Assembly (NCBI GenBank): GCA_030424595.1
Contig: JAUHWG010000011.1
Location: forward strand, 1,130 to 65,129
Source: Polyangia bacterium
GTDB lineage: Bacteria > Myxococcota_A > Polyangia > Nannocystales > Nannocystaceae
Reading direction: 5' to 3'
Length of the DNA: 64,000 nucleotides
Of the stretch, positions 21,028 through 31,931 are shown piece after piece. The position numbers were made by a program, and so were the translations under genes. The notes under the pieces are model-generated. The model saw only the letters and a program-made list of their open reading frames with translations. It did not search any database and had not been told where the DNA came from. Within the stretch, counting starts at the first letter, position 1, and each line of letters opens with the position of its first letter.

Positions 21028-23663
21028 TCGATCATCGTCAGCGCCCGGCCGACAATCTCCCCGACATCCTTCGATAGCTCCTCCACCGCGGCGATCCGCC
21101 GCAGCTGGGTCCGCTGCAGCCCTTGGCGCTTCGCGTCGAAGCGTCGCCAGTTGTTGAAGGCAGAGGCCAGGCGAGAGGCGACCTGCGGGTTGAGGCGATC
21201 GATGGCGATGACCTCGTCGGCCAAGAATTCGTAGCCACGGCCGCTGATGCTGTGGAAGTGCACTTGGTTGCGCATCCCGAAGGTCCCGAGGAGCGCCCGC
21301 GCACGGTTGGGGTTCTTCCGGTCGAAGGAGGCGTGCTCCCGGAGGGCCAGGATCCGCTCAAGGCTGCCGGCGGCGGTGGCCTGGGCCTGCACGGCGAACC
21401 ACTTGTCGAGCACCAGCGGGTCCGCGCTCCAGCGCTCGAGGAAGCTCTGCAGCGCCTTCTCGCGAGCCGCTCCCGGGAGGTCGACCAGGCACACGAGCGC
21501 GGCCTGACGATCGCTCATGTTGTCCGTCGACTCGAACTGGGCGAGCGCAAGGTCGGCGCCCTCTTCGGGGTCGGCCGCGCAGAGATAGGCGAGGGCCGTG
21601 TTGGCGAGTCGGCGGCGCGCGACCGAGCTCGCGCTGGCGTCGTAGGCGAGGCCGATGTTGGCCTTGTGTGTAGTGAGCAGCAGCTCGTGATGGGCCCGAC
21701 CCAGGGTCGCCATGGCCCCACGTCGCGCCCCGTGAATGCCCTCCACGGCGACGACCTTCATCGCCTGTCCGAGCACACGCTCATCGGGGAGGGCCAAGGC
21801 GAGGGCCTTGAGCGAGCCGTCGAGCTGCGGATCGCCGAGAACCGTGCCCCAGCTCGCGACAAAGGCGTCGTCGAGGGCGGGCGGTTCGCCGGTCTCGATG
21901 GCGCTGACCATGCGCAGCAGCGCGTCGGTCGCGAAGCGTTGACCCGCCTCCCAGCGGTTGAAGGCGTCGCTGTCGTGCGCCATCAGGAAGGCGAGCTCTT
22001 CGCTGGTCTGCTCGATCGTGAGAACGACCGGCGCCGAGAAGCCTCGCAGCACTGAAGGCACGGGGTTGGCGGGTATATCGAGGAACGTGAAGGTCTGCTC
22101 CTCCTGCCGCAGCTCCAGCGTTCGCGTACCGGAGACGGCCTCGGGCTCGCCCTCAAGCCGCAGGGGTAGGTCCTGGCCGTCGGGTCCGAGCAGTCCCACG
22201 GCGACGGGCATATGCCTCGGCCGATAGGCCTCCTCCCCCAAGGAGTCCGGGGCTGACTGGCGCAGGGTCAGTTCGTAGCGACCTTCGGTCCACACACCGC
22301 TCGCGTGCAGCGAAGGGGTGCCCGCCTGGCCATACCACCGCTCAAACTGGTCTAGGTCCGCGCCGTTCGCATCGGCCATCGCCGCGCGGAAGTCGTCGCA
22401 GGTGACGGCGCTCCCATCATGCCGCTCGAAGTAGAGGTCCATTCCCCGCCGGAAGCCGTCCGCGCCCAGCAGTGAGTGGTACATGCGGATGACCTCTGCA
22501 CCCTTATTGTACACAGTCGACGTATAGAAGTTGTTCATCTCGACGTAGCTGTCGGGACGAATCGGGTGGGCCATCGGGCCCCGGTCTTCGGCGAATTGAG
22601 CGATTCGCAGGGCGCGGACGTCGTCGATGCGCTTGACGGCCGCCGAGGTCATGTCGGCGGTGAACTGTTGGTCGCGAAAGACCGTCAGGCCCTCCTTGAG
22701 GGTGAGCTGAAACCAGTCGCGGCAGGTGACGCGGTTGCCGGTCCAGTTGTGGAAGTACTCGTGGGCGACGACGGCCTCGATACCCTCGTAGTCGTCGTCG
22801 GTGGCGGTCTCGGGGGCGGCGAGCACGTACTTGGAGTTGAAGATGTTCAACCCCTTGTTCTCCATCGCGCCCATGTTGAAGTCGTGCACCGCCAGGATCA
22901 TGTAGATGTCCAGGTCGTACTCGAGGCCAAAGACCTCCTCGTCCCACCGCATCGCCTTTTTAAGGCTTTGCAGCGCGTGGTCGCACCTGTCGACATCCTG
23001 CGGTGCCACCCAGATCTCCAAGCGCACCTCGCGGCCACGGCAGGTCGTGAAGCTGCCTGTGTGGGAGGCCAGGTCACCGCCCACCAGCGCGAAGAGGTAC
23101 GTGGGCTTCGGGAAGGGGTCCTCCCAGACCACCCGGTGACGACCGTCGTCCGAGGTCTCGGCGCTGACCCGGTTGCCATTGGAGAGGAGCACCGGGTAGC
23201 GAGCCTGGTCGGCGACGATCGTCGTCGTATAGCGCGACATCACGTCCGGGCGATCGAGCATGTAGGTGATGCGGCGAAAGCCCTGCGCCTCGCACTGCGT
23301 GCAGAAGGTCCCCGAGGAGCGGTAAAGTCCGCTGAACGCCGTGTTCTCTTGGGGCTTGATGTGCACCCGCGTCTCGAGCTCGAAGCGCTCTGGCAGGGGA
23401 CCGGCGAGCTCGAGGAAGTCGTCGCCGAGCACGTAGCTCTCGGGGCCGAGCGCTCGGCCGTCGAGCTTGACCTCTAGAAGCTCGAGGCACTCGCCGTCGA
23501 GGCGCAGGCTCGCGTGGGCGTCCGTTTGCAGATTGCGGCGCACGCCCAGGCGACCCACGACCACCGTGTGCTCCTCACCGAGCTCAAATTCGAGGTCGAG
23601 GGTGTCGACCAGGTGCGAGGGCGGAGCGTAGTCCAAGCGGTACACCGGCGTGGGGTCCTTCAT
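21024..23663 (-). CDS. pepN: Aminopeptidase N (M1 family)
   Basis: GAMEN exopeptidase motif and HEYFHNWTGNRVTCRDWFQLTLKEGLTVFRDQ zincin motif; 879 aa. Confidence 0.9.
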   Translation of the reverse strand: MKDPTPVYRLDYAPPSHLVDTLDLEFELGEEHTVVVGRLGVRRNLQTDAHASLRLDGECLELLEVKLDGRALGPESYVLGDDFLELAGPLPERFELETRVHIKPQENTAFSGLYRSSGTFCTQCEAQGFRRITYMLDRPDVMSRYTTTIVADQARYPVLLSNGNRVSAETSDDGRHRVVWEDPFPKPTYLFALVGGDLASHTGSFTTCRGREVRLEIWVAPQDVDRCDHALQSLKKAMRWDEEVFGLEYDLDIYMILAVHDFNMGAMENKGLNIFNSKYVLAAPETATDDDYEGIEAVVAHEYFHNWTGNRVTCRDWFQLTLKEGLTVFRDQQFTADMTSAAVKRIDDVRALRIAQFAEDRGPMAHPIRPDSYVEMNNFYTSTVYNKGAEVIRMYHSLLGADGFRRGMDLYFERHDGSAVTCDDFRAAMADANGADLDQFERWYGQAGTPSLHASGVWTEGRYELTLRQSAPDSLGEEAYRPRHMPVAVGLLGPDGQDLPLRLEGEPEAVSGTRTLELRQEEQTFTFLDIPANPVPSVLRGFSAPVVLTIEQTSEELAFLMAHDSDAFNRWEAGQRFATDALLRMVSAIETGEPPALDDAFVASWGTVLGDPQLDGSLKALALALPDERVLGQAMKVVAVEGIHGARRGAMATLGRAHHELLLTTHKANIGLAYDASASSVARRRLANTALAYLCAADPEEGADLALAQFESTDNMSDRQAALVCLVDLPGAAREKALQSFLERWSADPLVLDKWFAVQAQATAAGSLERILALREHASFDRKNPNRARALLGTFGMRNQVHFHSISGRGYEFLADEVIAIDRLNPQVASRLASAFNNWRRFDAKRQGLQRTQLRRIAAVEELSKDVGEIVGRALTMID

Positions 23664-24006
23664 GGTGAGAAGCTACCGCATGTCGCCGGCGATCGACGCC
23701 CTCACCGACATGACCGTCGACACGTCTCCCTCGCGGGGGAGCCGACAATGCTCGTGTCGGGTCGTAGAGACGGGGCCGTGGCGGTGCGGTCACAGGTCCG
23801 CAGACCATCATGACGATCCCGGCGGTGAGGGGCGCAGCCTCCCCTCCCGACAGGGCCATCGCCTGATCGTCTGCGGCGACGGGCGGAGCACGAGCGAGGG
23901 CGAGCGACCGTGAAGCTCGGCGTCGAGCCCCGAACACGCCGTCCTGTGGAGGGGCGTGGGCTCACCGGCGTGGTGATGCCCAGCATCCGGTGCTAGCGTC
24001 GCGCAT

Positions 24007-25779
24007 ATGTCGATCCCGGACCCGCAGGAGATCGAAGCGCTTCGAGCCCAGCTCGAGGCGTTGACCCGACGCGTCGCCCAGCTCGAGGCGGGCGCGGGGT
24101 CATCCCCGGCGGCCTCCGCCGGGGAGCCTCAGCCGGGCTCGGCACGCGTCGTCTCCGCGAAGACGCGGCCGGCGGCGCCGGCTTGGCGAGGAAAGCAGCC
24201 GCGCACCGAGGCCGCGCAGCCCGGGGGCGAGGGGGCCCCCTCAAGCGGTGAAGGGGGCGTCGAGGCGTGGACGCCGACGGTCTGGATCGCCGCTGCAGGA
24301 GCTCTGCTCTTCTTGCTCGGCGCCGCGTACTTTCTCTACTGGTCGATCGAGCAGGGCTACATCGGTCCGGCCATCCGTGTGGCGATTGGTTGCGGGGCGG
24401 CGATCGCCGGCGGTCTGGTCGCGGTGAGGACGATGAAGGCCGGTACCGTCGCCCTCGGGGGCGCCTTCTTCCTGGCCTCGATCGGCACCTGGACCTTCAG
24501 CCTCTACTACGCCTCGGCGATCGCCGAAGTCCTGCCGCTCATGGTCGGCTTTGGCGGAACGGTGCTGGCGGTCCTCGTCGCCGCTCTGCTCGCGGCGCGC
24601 TTCTCCTACAGCGCCTTGATGGGGATGGGCTACGCCCTGGGGCTCGCGGCTCCGGTGGTGTTCTCGACGGGCTCCAACGACTACCCCTCGCTCGCCGCCT
24701 ACCTGCTCGCCCTCTTGGGGTTCTCGTCGGTCGTCTTCTATCGTCACCCGGAGGCGAGCGAGTGGACGACGGTGCGCTTTGGCGGGCTCATCGGCACCTG
24801 GCTGCTCCTGCTCGCGGCCTGCGGCGATGCGGCGGAGGGACAGCGTGGGCTCCTGCTCGCGGCCGTAGTCGCCGCATACGCGGCCTCGGCCCTGTGGATC
24901 TGGATCCCACGGGGTCTACGTCGACCCTCGGGGGCCACCGGCCAATGGATCCTCTCGGCGTTCGCCGCCACTGGTGGGGCGCTGCTCCTCTGGCCTGGCC
25001 TCGACCTGAGCTTGCCATCCTTTGGCGCGGTGCTCTTCGCCCAGTCGGCGATCCCGCTCGTGTTGCTCCCGGCGGTCCGCCGTCGTCTGGGCGATCACAG
25101 CGGCGACCTCGGGCTCGCGACCCTCGCCTTGGTGCACGCCTTCGTCGCCATTCCTGTGGTCTGGGACTCCGCGTGGGTCGCGACCTCGTGGTCTCTGCTC
25201 TTCGCGACGCTGGCCTACGCGGCGATCCGGGCGGGTCGAGCCGCGCATCCTGATCGCAGGACATTGGCGATCCTCGCGTCGATTGGGGGGGCCTTCGCAT
25301 CGCTCGCCTGGGCGCAGTCGCAGCTCGAGTGGGGCGGTGGGGTGATGATCGGCCTCAACGACGCCTTCGCCAGCGGACTGCTCTGCGGGCTCGGCTGGCT
25401 CATCCTCTCCGCGGGCGATCATGATCTGCGCGGGCAAGCCCTCGCCGCGGGTGAGCTCGTCGTGCATCTCACCCTCGGCCGCGAGGTCTACGAGCTCGCC
25501 CGCTCGACGGGGGCGACCGACCGCGTCTCCTCCCTGGCGCCGACGATCCTCTTCGCCATCTCGGGCGCAGCGCAGTGGCTGGCGAGCGTCCGAGCTCCCG
25601 AGCGCCTCAGGGGTCTTGCCCCGTTCAGCTACCTGCTGCTCGGCTTGTCCGCCGCCAAGCTCTTGCTCTTCGACCTGCAGGGCGTCGGCAGCATCATGCG
25701 AGCGCTCGCGACCCTCGGCGTCGCCAGCGTGTTCCTGCTCGCCGCGTTCCTCGTGAACCGGGCAGAGAAGAGCAGCTAG
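24007..25779 (+). CDS. DUF2339-family polytopic membrane protein
   Basis: Coiled-coil N-terminus (EIEALRAQLEALTRRVAQLEA) followed by more than 12 TM helices. Confidence 0.65.
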   Translation: MSIPDPQEIEALRAQLEALTRRVAQLEAGAGSSPAASAGEPQPGSARVVSAKTRPAAPAWRGKQPRTEAAQPGGEGAPSSGEGGVEAWTPTVWIAAAGALLFLLGAAYFLYWSIEQGYIGPAIRVAIGCGAAIAGGLVAVRTMKAGTVALGGAFFLASIGTWTFSLYYASAIAEVLPLMVGFGGTVLAVLVAALLAARFSYSALMGMGYALGLAAPVVFSTGSNDYPSLAAYLLALLGFSSVVFYRHPEASEWTTVRFGGLIGTWLLLLAACGDAAEGQRGLLLAAVVAAYAASALWIWIPRGLRRPSGATGQWILSAFAATGGALLLWPGLDLSLPSFGAVLFAQSAIPLVLLPAVRRRLGDHSGDLGLATLALVHAFVAIPVVWDSAWVATSWSLLFATLAYAAIRAGRAAHPDRRTLAILASIGGAFASLAWAQSQLEWGGGVMIGLNDAFASGLLCGLGWLILSAGDHDLRGQALAAGELVVHLTLGREVYELARSTGATDRVSSLAPTILFAISGAAQWLASVRAPERLRGLAPFSYLLLGLSAAKLLLFDLQGVGSIMRALATLGVASVFLLAAFLVNRAEKSS

Positions 25780-25933
25780 AGGAGCGCTGCGTGACCCGGA
25801 TCGTGACCCGGACCGTGAGGGCGAGGCGCCGGCAGCTCACGCCCGACGGTCCGTCGGCGGTGGACCGGCCGCGCCCCGTCTCTCGCCTGAAGAGCGGCGA
25901 CGCGGGCCTTGGCCGGCGTCGCCAGGACCCCCG

Positions 25934-27991
25934 CTAGAGGTCCTCGTGGGCGACCCCGTCGAGGAGCGCCCCCGGGAAGCGAGCGCCCTCGAGGTTCGCG
26001 CCGGTGAAGTCCGCTCCCCTGAGGTCCGTCGCCTCCATGTCGGCCCCGGAGAGGTTCGCCTTGCGAAAGCTTGCGCCGCGGAGCGAGGTCCCTGAGAAGT
26101 CGGCCCCGGAGAGGTTCGCCCCCGAGAAGTCGCACTCGTCCATCACCGAGTCCATGGCCATGCTCTGGGCAAGGTTCGCCTCGACGAAGCGGGCGCCGAC
26201 GAAGCTCGCGCCGGAGAGATCGGACCACGAGAGGTCGACCTCGGACGCGTCGCGTCCGTCGAGCTTCTTGAGCCGGAACACCGCCTGCTCACCGTCGGCG
26301 CCCCCCTTGCCGTGATAGATGCACATGGGGATCCCCCCGGCGGAGAGCGGCGTCCACGAGCCCCCCGCGCCGCCGGAGGCGAGGAACGATGCGTGTTTGT
26401 CGAGCGTCTCAGCCCACTCCTCGTCGCTCATGGCGTCGGCGCTGGCGGTGAGGGAGCGGATGAGCGCATGATCCATCCCCCGCTCGCTCGACTCCCCGAG
26501 CCCCGGAAAGACCGAGCCTAGCTTGCCCGACGTGCTCGGCTCGCTCGGCTCGCCCGCACCGGCGAGCTCCGATCTGTGGAGGAGGATCACGACATCCTCG
26601 CCGAGCCACGCGACCATCCCTCGGGCCTCAGGCTCGGACAGGCCCTTCTCCTGGAGAAGGCCGATGATCACCTGCGGGTCCGTCGTTCGCGGGATCGACC
26701 TGCCGAGCAAGGTCTCGGTGAACTCACCCTCGCCGCCGACCTGCCAGTACCAAGAGAACGCCGCGCGAGCGCCGTTGAGAAAGTAGCTCTCGAGCGAGCC
26801 CAGGCGGTGGCGCTCGCAGTCGTTCGCGTTGTCGAAGACGAGCGTCGCCTGCGCAGGAGATCGCCCAGGATCGTACGAATAGACCGTCCTTCCCTCGGCG
26901 ACGAAGTCGTCGAAGGACGCCTCCGCCTCGTAGTCATCGTACTCCTTGCGCCACTCCGGGATCGCGTACCAGAGGCGATAGCCGGGGCTCGGGAGGCCCA
27001 CCAATTTGATCCGACCGCCGTTGTAGCCCTCGGAGAACTGAGCGCGGTCCGCCTTGTGCTCGGTCAACACCCAATTGAACTCGAGGTCGTTGACCTCGGA
27101 GGCCAAGGCCAACCACGCCTTCGGCACACGCTTGTGGTGCGCGAGCAGGCTCGCGTTGCTCGAGGGCCCGCCGATCTGAGTCTTGTAGACATACACATCG
27201 GGGCGTTGGCCGAGCACGTGGATGTACTTGAGCAGGAGCGACCCCAGGGTTACGCCCCACCGTTCGCGCTGGACGTCGAGCACCGAGTCGATGGTCTTGC
27301 GGACCGCCGCCATCTTCTCGCGCTCCGCCTCCTCGGCCTCGGCGACCCGGTCCGAGGCCCCCTCCAGGAGCTCAGACTTCACGCTCGATCGGTCGAGCAC
27401 CGCGATGAACTCGGCCTCCGTCAGGAGCCGGATACCGAGGGTCCGCGCCTTGCTCAGCTTCGATCCCGCCTTCTCGCCGTAGATCAAGAGATCGGTCTTC
27501 TTGGTCACCGAACCGCCGACCGAAGCCCCCGCCGCGGAGAGCAGCGCGGACGCGTCGGCCCGCTTCATCGTCACGAACTTGCCGGTCACTGCGATCGTCA
27601 GCCCCGCGAACTCGGACGCGGGCTCGGCCGCCTTGGGCTTGGCCGCGGTCTTGGGCTTGGCCGCGGCCTTGGGCTTGGCCGCGGTCTTGGGCTTGGCCGC
27701 GGTCTTGGGCTTGGCCGCGGTCTTGGGCTTGGCCGCGGCCTTGGGCTTGGCCGCGCTGCTCTCGAAGAGCGCGAAGAGCTCCTTCGCGGAGTGAACCGGG
27801 AGCCGCAGCGCCTCGGCCTTGCGCTGGTTGGCGTTGCCGTCGCCCCCCGAGAAGACCAGGTCTGTCTTGCCGGAGACCGACCCGACCACCCGCGCGCCCA
27901 AGGCCGTGAGCCGCTCTCTAAGGGCTTTTTGCGTGTGGCCGGGAAAATTGCCGGTGACTACGACCGTCTTGCCAGAGACTTCAATGCTCAT
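25934..27991 (-). CDS. BRCT - (AKPKxA)x7 - BRCT - unknown central domain - pentapeptide-repeat protein
   Basis: Two LigA-type BRCT modules (GKTVVVTGNF...TDLVFSG; GLTIAVTGKF...TDLLIYGEKAGSKLSKA); a Lys/Ala/Pro histone-H1-like linker; C-terminal A(N/D)LxG pentapeptide repeats. Confidence 0.75.
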   Translation of the reverse strand: MSIEVSGKTVVVTGNFPGHTQKALRERLTALGARVVGSVSGKTDLVFSGGDGNANQRKAEALRLPVHSAKELFALFESSAAKPKAAAKPKTAAKPKTAAKPKTAAKPKAAAKPKTAAKPKAAEPASEFAGLTIAVTGKFVTMKRADASALLSAAGASVGGSVTKKTDLLIYGEKAGSKLSKARTLGIRLLTEAEFIAVLDRSSVKSELLEGASDRVAEAEEAEREKMAAVRKTIDSVLDVQRERWGVTLGSLLLKYIHVLGQRPDVYVYKTQIGGPSSNASLLAHHKRVPKAWLALASEVNDLEFNWVLTEHKADRAQFSEGYNGGRIKLVGLPSPGYRLWYAIPEWRKEYDDYEAEASFDDFVAEGRTVYSYDPGRSPAQATLVFDNANDCERHRLGSLESYFLNGARAAFSWYWQVGGEGEFTETLLGRSIPRTTDPQVIIGLLQEKGLSEPEARGMVAWLGEDVVILLHRSELAGAGEPSEPSTSGKLGSVFPGLGESSERGMDHALIRSLTASADAMSDEEWAETLDKHASFLASGGAGGSWTPLSAGGIPMCIYHGKGGADGEQAVFRLKKLDGRDASEVDLSWSDLSGASFVGARFVEANLAQSMAMDSVMDECDFSGANLSGADFSGTSLRGASFRKANLSGADMEATDLRGADFTGANLEGARFPGALLDGVAHEDL
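27629..27757. repeat. Seven 18-bp tandem repeats (cttgggcttggccgcggt) encoding the AKPKTA linker
   Basis: Seen directly in the sequence. Confidence 0.85.
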
Positions 27992-28149
27992 TGTCTAGGC
28001 CTTCTCGCTTCGTCGTCGGAGGTCGGACGTCGTGGAGGATGTCGGGCGCCCGGGTCGATCGACGGTGTTTCTCGTGGACCTGTACGAGGTACCACATCTT
28101 GCGGGCGCTACCCTCGACGTTGGCGGTCGCGGCGGGGTCGCTCGAGCGG

Positions 28150-28280
28150 GCTCGACCTGGTCTCGGAGGCCGTGGCGGAGCCGCCGAAGCTTGCGGTGCG
28201 AGCCGGCACAACAGCGTTTCGCCGAGGTCACGAGGACCGACGATCGCGGCGCGAGAGCCCCGGACTCTCACAACTCCCCC
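28150..28280 (+). repeat. Copy F of the hairpin repeat family (3-prime half with an internal deletion)
   Basis: cttgcggtgcgagccggcacaacagcgtttcgccgaggtcacgaggaccgacgatcgcggcgcgagagccccggac aligns to the 3-prime halves of copies A and B. Confidence 0.5.
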
Positions 28281-28320
28281 GTGAGGCGCCCTCTCCGGGG
28301 GACCCTGGATTCTCCAGGGC

Positions 28321-29061
28321 TCAGCGGCCGAGGCTGATCTCTCGCCCTTCGACGAGGCGGCCGCCGAGGAGCCCGCTGAGGGCGGCGACAGAGAGGAGCA
28401 CGGCGAGAGATACCGGCCTGCTCGGCATGTCGAGGCCATAGGTCAGGATCCCGGCGTCGACCGACACCCCGGCGAGGCCGTGGATGTAGGTGAGGAGGCT
28501 GAGGTCCTGGATAAACCCGGGGACTCGGAGGGCGCTGTGCTCCCAGATCAGGAAGGCGAGGCCTATCCAGGCGGCGCCGCGGGAGAGGACGCCGAAGAGG
28601 GCGAAGAGGAGGCCGTAGGCGAGGCAGGCGGCGGCGCCGGCGAGGACAAAGTAGACGAGCTGGCTGAAGCTCCCCGCGACGAGGGCGACCGCTGGCAGGA
28701 CCGCGAGGAGGAGCGGTCCGAAGTGCGCGGCGCAGCGGGCCCAGTAGAGGCGGGAGCGGCGGATCGGGCGGGTAAAGGAGTAGGTGAGGGTGCCGTCCTC
28801 GACCTCCTCCCGGAGGACGCCGCTGGTGAAGAAGAGGGCGAGGAGCGGCGCCGGGTAGGCGAGGAGGATCCTGGCGCTGGCGGAGCTCGGCTCGTCGGCG
28901 ACGAAGCGCAGGAGGAGGGCGGCGATCAGCATCGTCCCGATCGCCGCGAGGGATCCGCGGCGGCGGAGGTTCCGGCGGAGGTGGAGGCTCGCCCAGGCGA
29001 GGACGACCCCCTCGCCGGTTCGGCTCGGCGCGCGCTGAGGTGCTTGGGGCGGCTCGTTCAT
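28321..29061 (-). CDS. ABC-2 type transporter permease
   Basis: 6 TM helices; start overlaps the ATPase stop (ATGA). Confidence 0.7.
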   Translation of the reverse strand: MNEPPQAPQRAPSRTGEGVVLAWASLHLRRNLRRRGSLAAIGTMLIAALLLRFVADEPSSASARILLAYPAPLLALFFTSGVLREEVEDGTLTYSFTRPIRRSRLYWARCAAHFGPLLLAVLPAVALVAGSFSQLVYFVLAGAAACLAYGLLFALFGVLSRGAAWIGLAFLIWEHSALRVPGFIQDLSLLTYIHGLAGVSVDAGILTYGLDMPSRPVSLAVLLSVAALSGLLGGRLVEGREISLGR

Positions 29062-30002
29062 CGCTGGACCAGGTAGCGGTAGAGGCTCTCGAGATCGGCG
29101 TCCGGAGAGGTGAACGACGCGAGGGTGAGGTCGAGGTCGCGGGCGATCGTGGGGATCTCGCGGCAGGCGGCGTCGAGGTCGGTGGTCGTGATCTCGACCG
29201 CGCCGTCGATGATCGACGCGGCCTCGACCAGGGCGCCGCCGATCAGGGCGGCGGCGAGGCGTCGCGCCTCCGCCACGGCGTTGTCACCATCGCTCATGAG
29301 GCCGAGGCGGATCCGGTAGGGGCGGTCGCCGAGGAGGCCGCGGAGGCGGGTGATGTCGCCCTGGGCCCGGAGCCGACCGTGGCGGATGACGACCACCTCG
29401 CGGGTCATCGACTCGACCTCGTGGAGCACGTGGCTGGAGACGATCACGCAGCGGCCCTCGTCGCCGAGCTCGCGGATGAGCTGGATGAGGTCGGCGCGGG
29501 CGACCGGGTCGGTGCCGCTCAGCGGCTCGTCGAGGAGGACGAGCGCGGGGTCGTGGGCGATCGCCTGGGCGATCTTCGTCCGCTGCCGCATGCCGCGGCT
29601 CATCTCCCGCATGCGCTTGCCGGCGTAGGGCTCCATGCCGACGCGGCCGAGCGCCCGCGTCGCCCGCTCGCGCGCCTCGGCGGCGCGAAAGCCCTGGAGG
29701 CGGGTGAGGGCGGTGACGAACTCGAGGCCGCGCATGTCCTCGTAGAATCGATCCTGCTCGGGGCAGAGGCCGAGGTCGCGGAAGACCTCGGGGCTCTTGA
29801 AGGGATCGTGGCCCCAGAGCCTGACGTCGCCGGCGTCGGGCCTAAGCTGGCCGGCGATCAGCTTGATCATCGTCGACTTGCCGGAGCCGTTGGGGCCGAG
29901 GAGGCCGATCACCCCGGAGTCGAGCTCGAGGTCGAGCTCGTCGAGGGCGCGCACCTGGCCGAAGAGCTTGCGGACGCCGCGCAGGGCGATCGTCGCGCTC
30001 AT
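29058..30002 (-). CDS. ABC transporter ATP-binding protein
   Basis: Walker A GPNGSGKST, signature LSGGMRQR-like (MSRGMRQR), Walker B LLDEP; ATG at 30002 inside the long ORF 29058..30836. Confidence 0.85.
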   Translation of the reverse strand: MSATIALRGVRKLFGQVRALDELDLELDSGVIGLLGPNGSGKSTMIKLIAGQLRPDAGDVRLWGHDPFKSPEVFRDLGLCPEQDRFYEDMRGLEFVTALTRLQGFRAAEARERATRALGRVGMEPYAGKRMREMSRGMRQRTKIAQAIAHDPALVLLDEPLSGTDPVARADLIQLIRELGDEGRCVIVSSHVLHEVESMTREVVVIRHGRLRAQGDITRLRGLLGDRPYRIRLGLMSDGDNAVAEARRLAAALIGGALVEAASIIDGAVEITTTDLDAACREIPTIARDLDLTLASFTSPDADLESLYRYLVQR

Positions 30003-30918
30003 CCCCCCACCTCCCGGCGGAGCCGGCCGACGAGCGCCGCGAGGCCGAGGCTGGCGAAGCCGAAGAGGCTCAGGGTCGAGAGGAGGGCGCTGGGGTTGAC
30101 GCTGCCGCGGAGCTCCAGGGCCGCCGCCGCAGCGCTCGCGGGGCCGGCGTCGAGGAGGGCCTCGATCATGGTCGCGACGTCGCGGGCCGGCGAGAGGTAG
30201 CCCGCCGCCGCGAGGCCGTTGCCCGCGAGGCTCTCGCCGACCGCGCTCAGGAGCAGCCAGCCGAAGACGAAGACCACGCCGATCGTCCGCCCGCGCTCGC
30301 CGAGGGCGCTCACGCCCAGGAGCGTGACCGTGAGAACGACGCTGGTCACCAGGGCGCCGATGAGCCCCGGGACGAAGAGCCACAGGAGCGAGAGCCGGAG
30401 CGTCGACGGGGCGATGCCGACGGCGAGGAGCCAGAGGAGGACGAAGGGCAGGGCGATCGTCAGGGCCGGGACCGCGCCGGCGGCGAGGAGCTTGCCCATG
30501 AGGTAGTCGCGGCGGCGCAGGGCTCTGGCGAAGTAGAGGTCGAAGGCGCCGTAGCGGCGGTCCTCGGCGATGAACCCACCGCCGATCACCGCCAGGGCGA
30601 TCACCGTGAAGTAGGTCTGGGCGCTGACGAAGCTCGAGAGGACCTCTTGGGTGTTGCCGACGATCCGGTCGACGTTGAGGCTCATCGCCGCGATCGGGGT
30701 CGAGTCGCCGAAGGTGCCGGCGGCCTGCAGGAGCACGACGACGACGATCCCGAGGGCGTGGGCCATCGCGATCATGGCGCAGGCGGCGAGGCTTATCTTG
30801 GTCGCTCGCTTGCGCCAGGCGAGCGTCAGGGCCCAACGGGCGATCGTCCGCGCGGCGTGACCGCGGCGCGGCTGGATCGGCGGCAGCCGGCGGTAGCCGA
30901 CCTCGATGACACGGTCCT

Positions 30919-30922
<4 letters not shown>
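29999..30922 (-). CDS. ABC-2 type transporter permease
   Basis: GTG at 30922 overlaps the upstream ATPase stop (GTGA); polytopic. Confidence 0.65.
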
Positions 30923-31884
<962 letters not shown>

Positions 31885-31931
31885 CGGCGCCGAACCTACC
31901 ACGGCCTCGCCGGGTCTGGGCCTGGGTCTCC

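Noticed and set aside
29058-30836. 592-aa ORF (N-terminal 280 codons upstream of the ABC ATPase)
   Set aside because: The upstream part is Arg/Pro junk overlapping the permease gene on the same strand in another frame; the ATPase starts at 30002.
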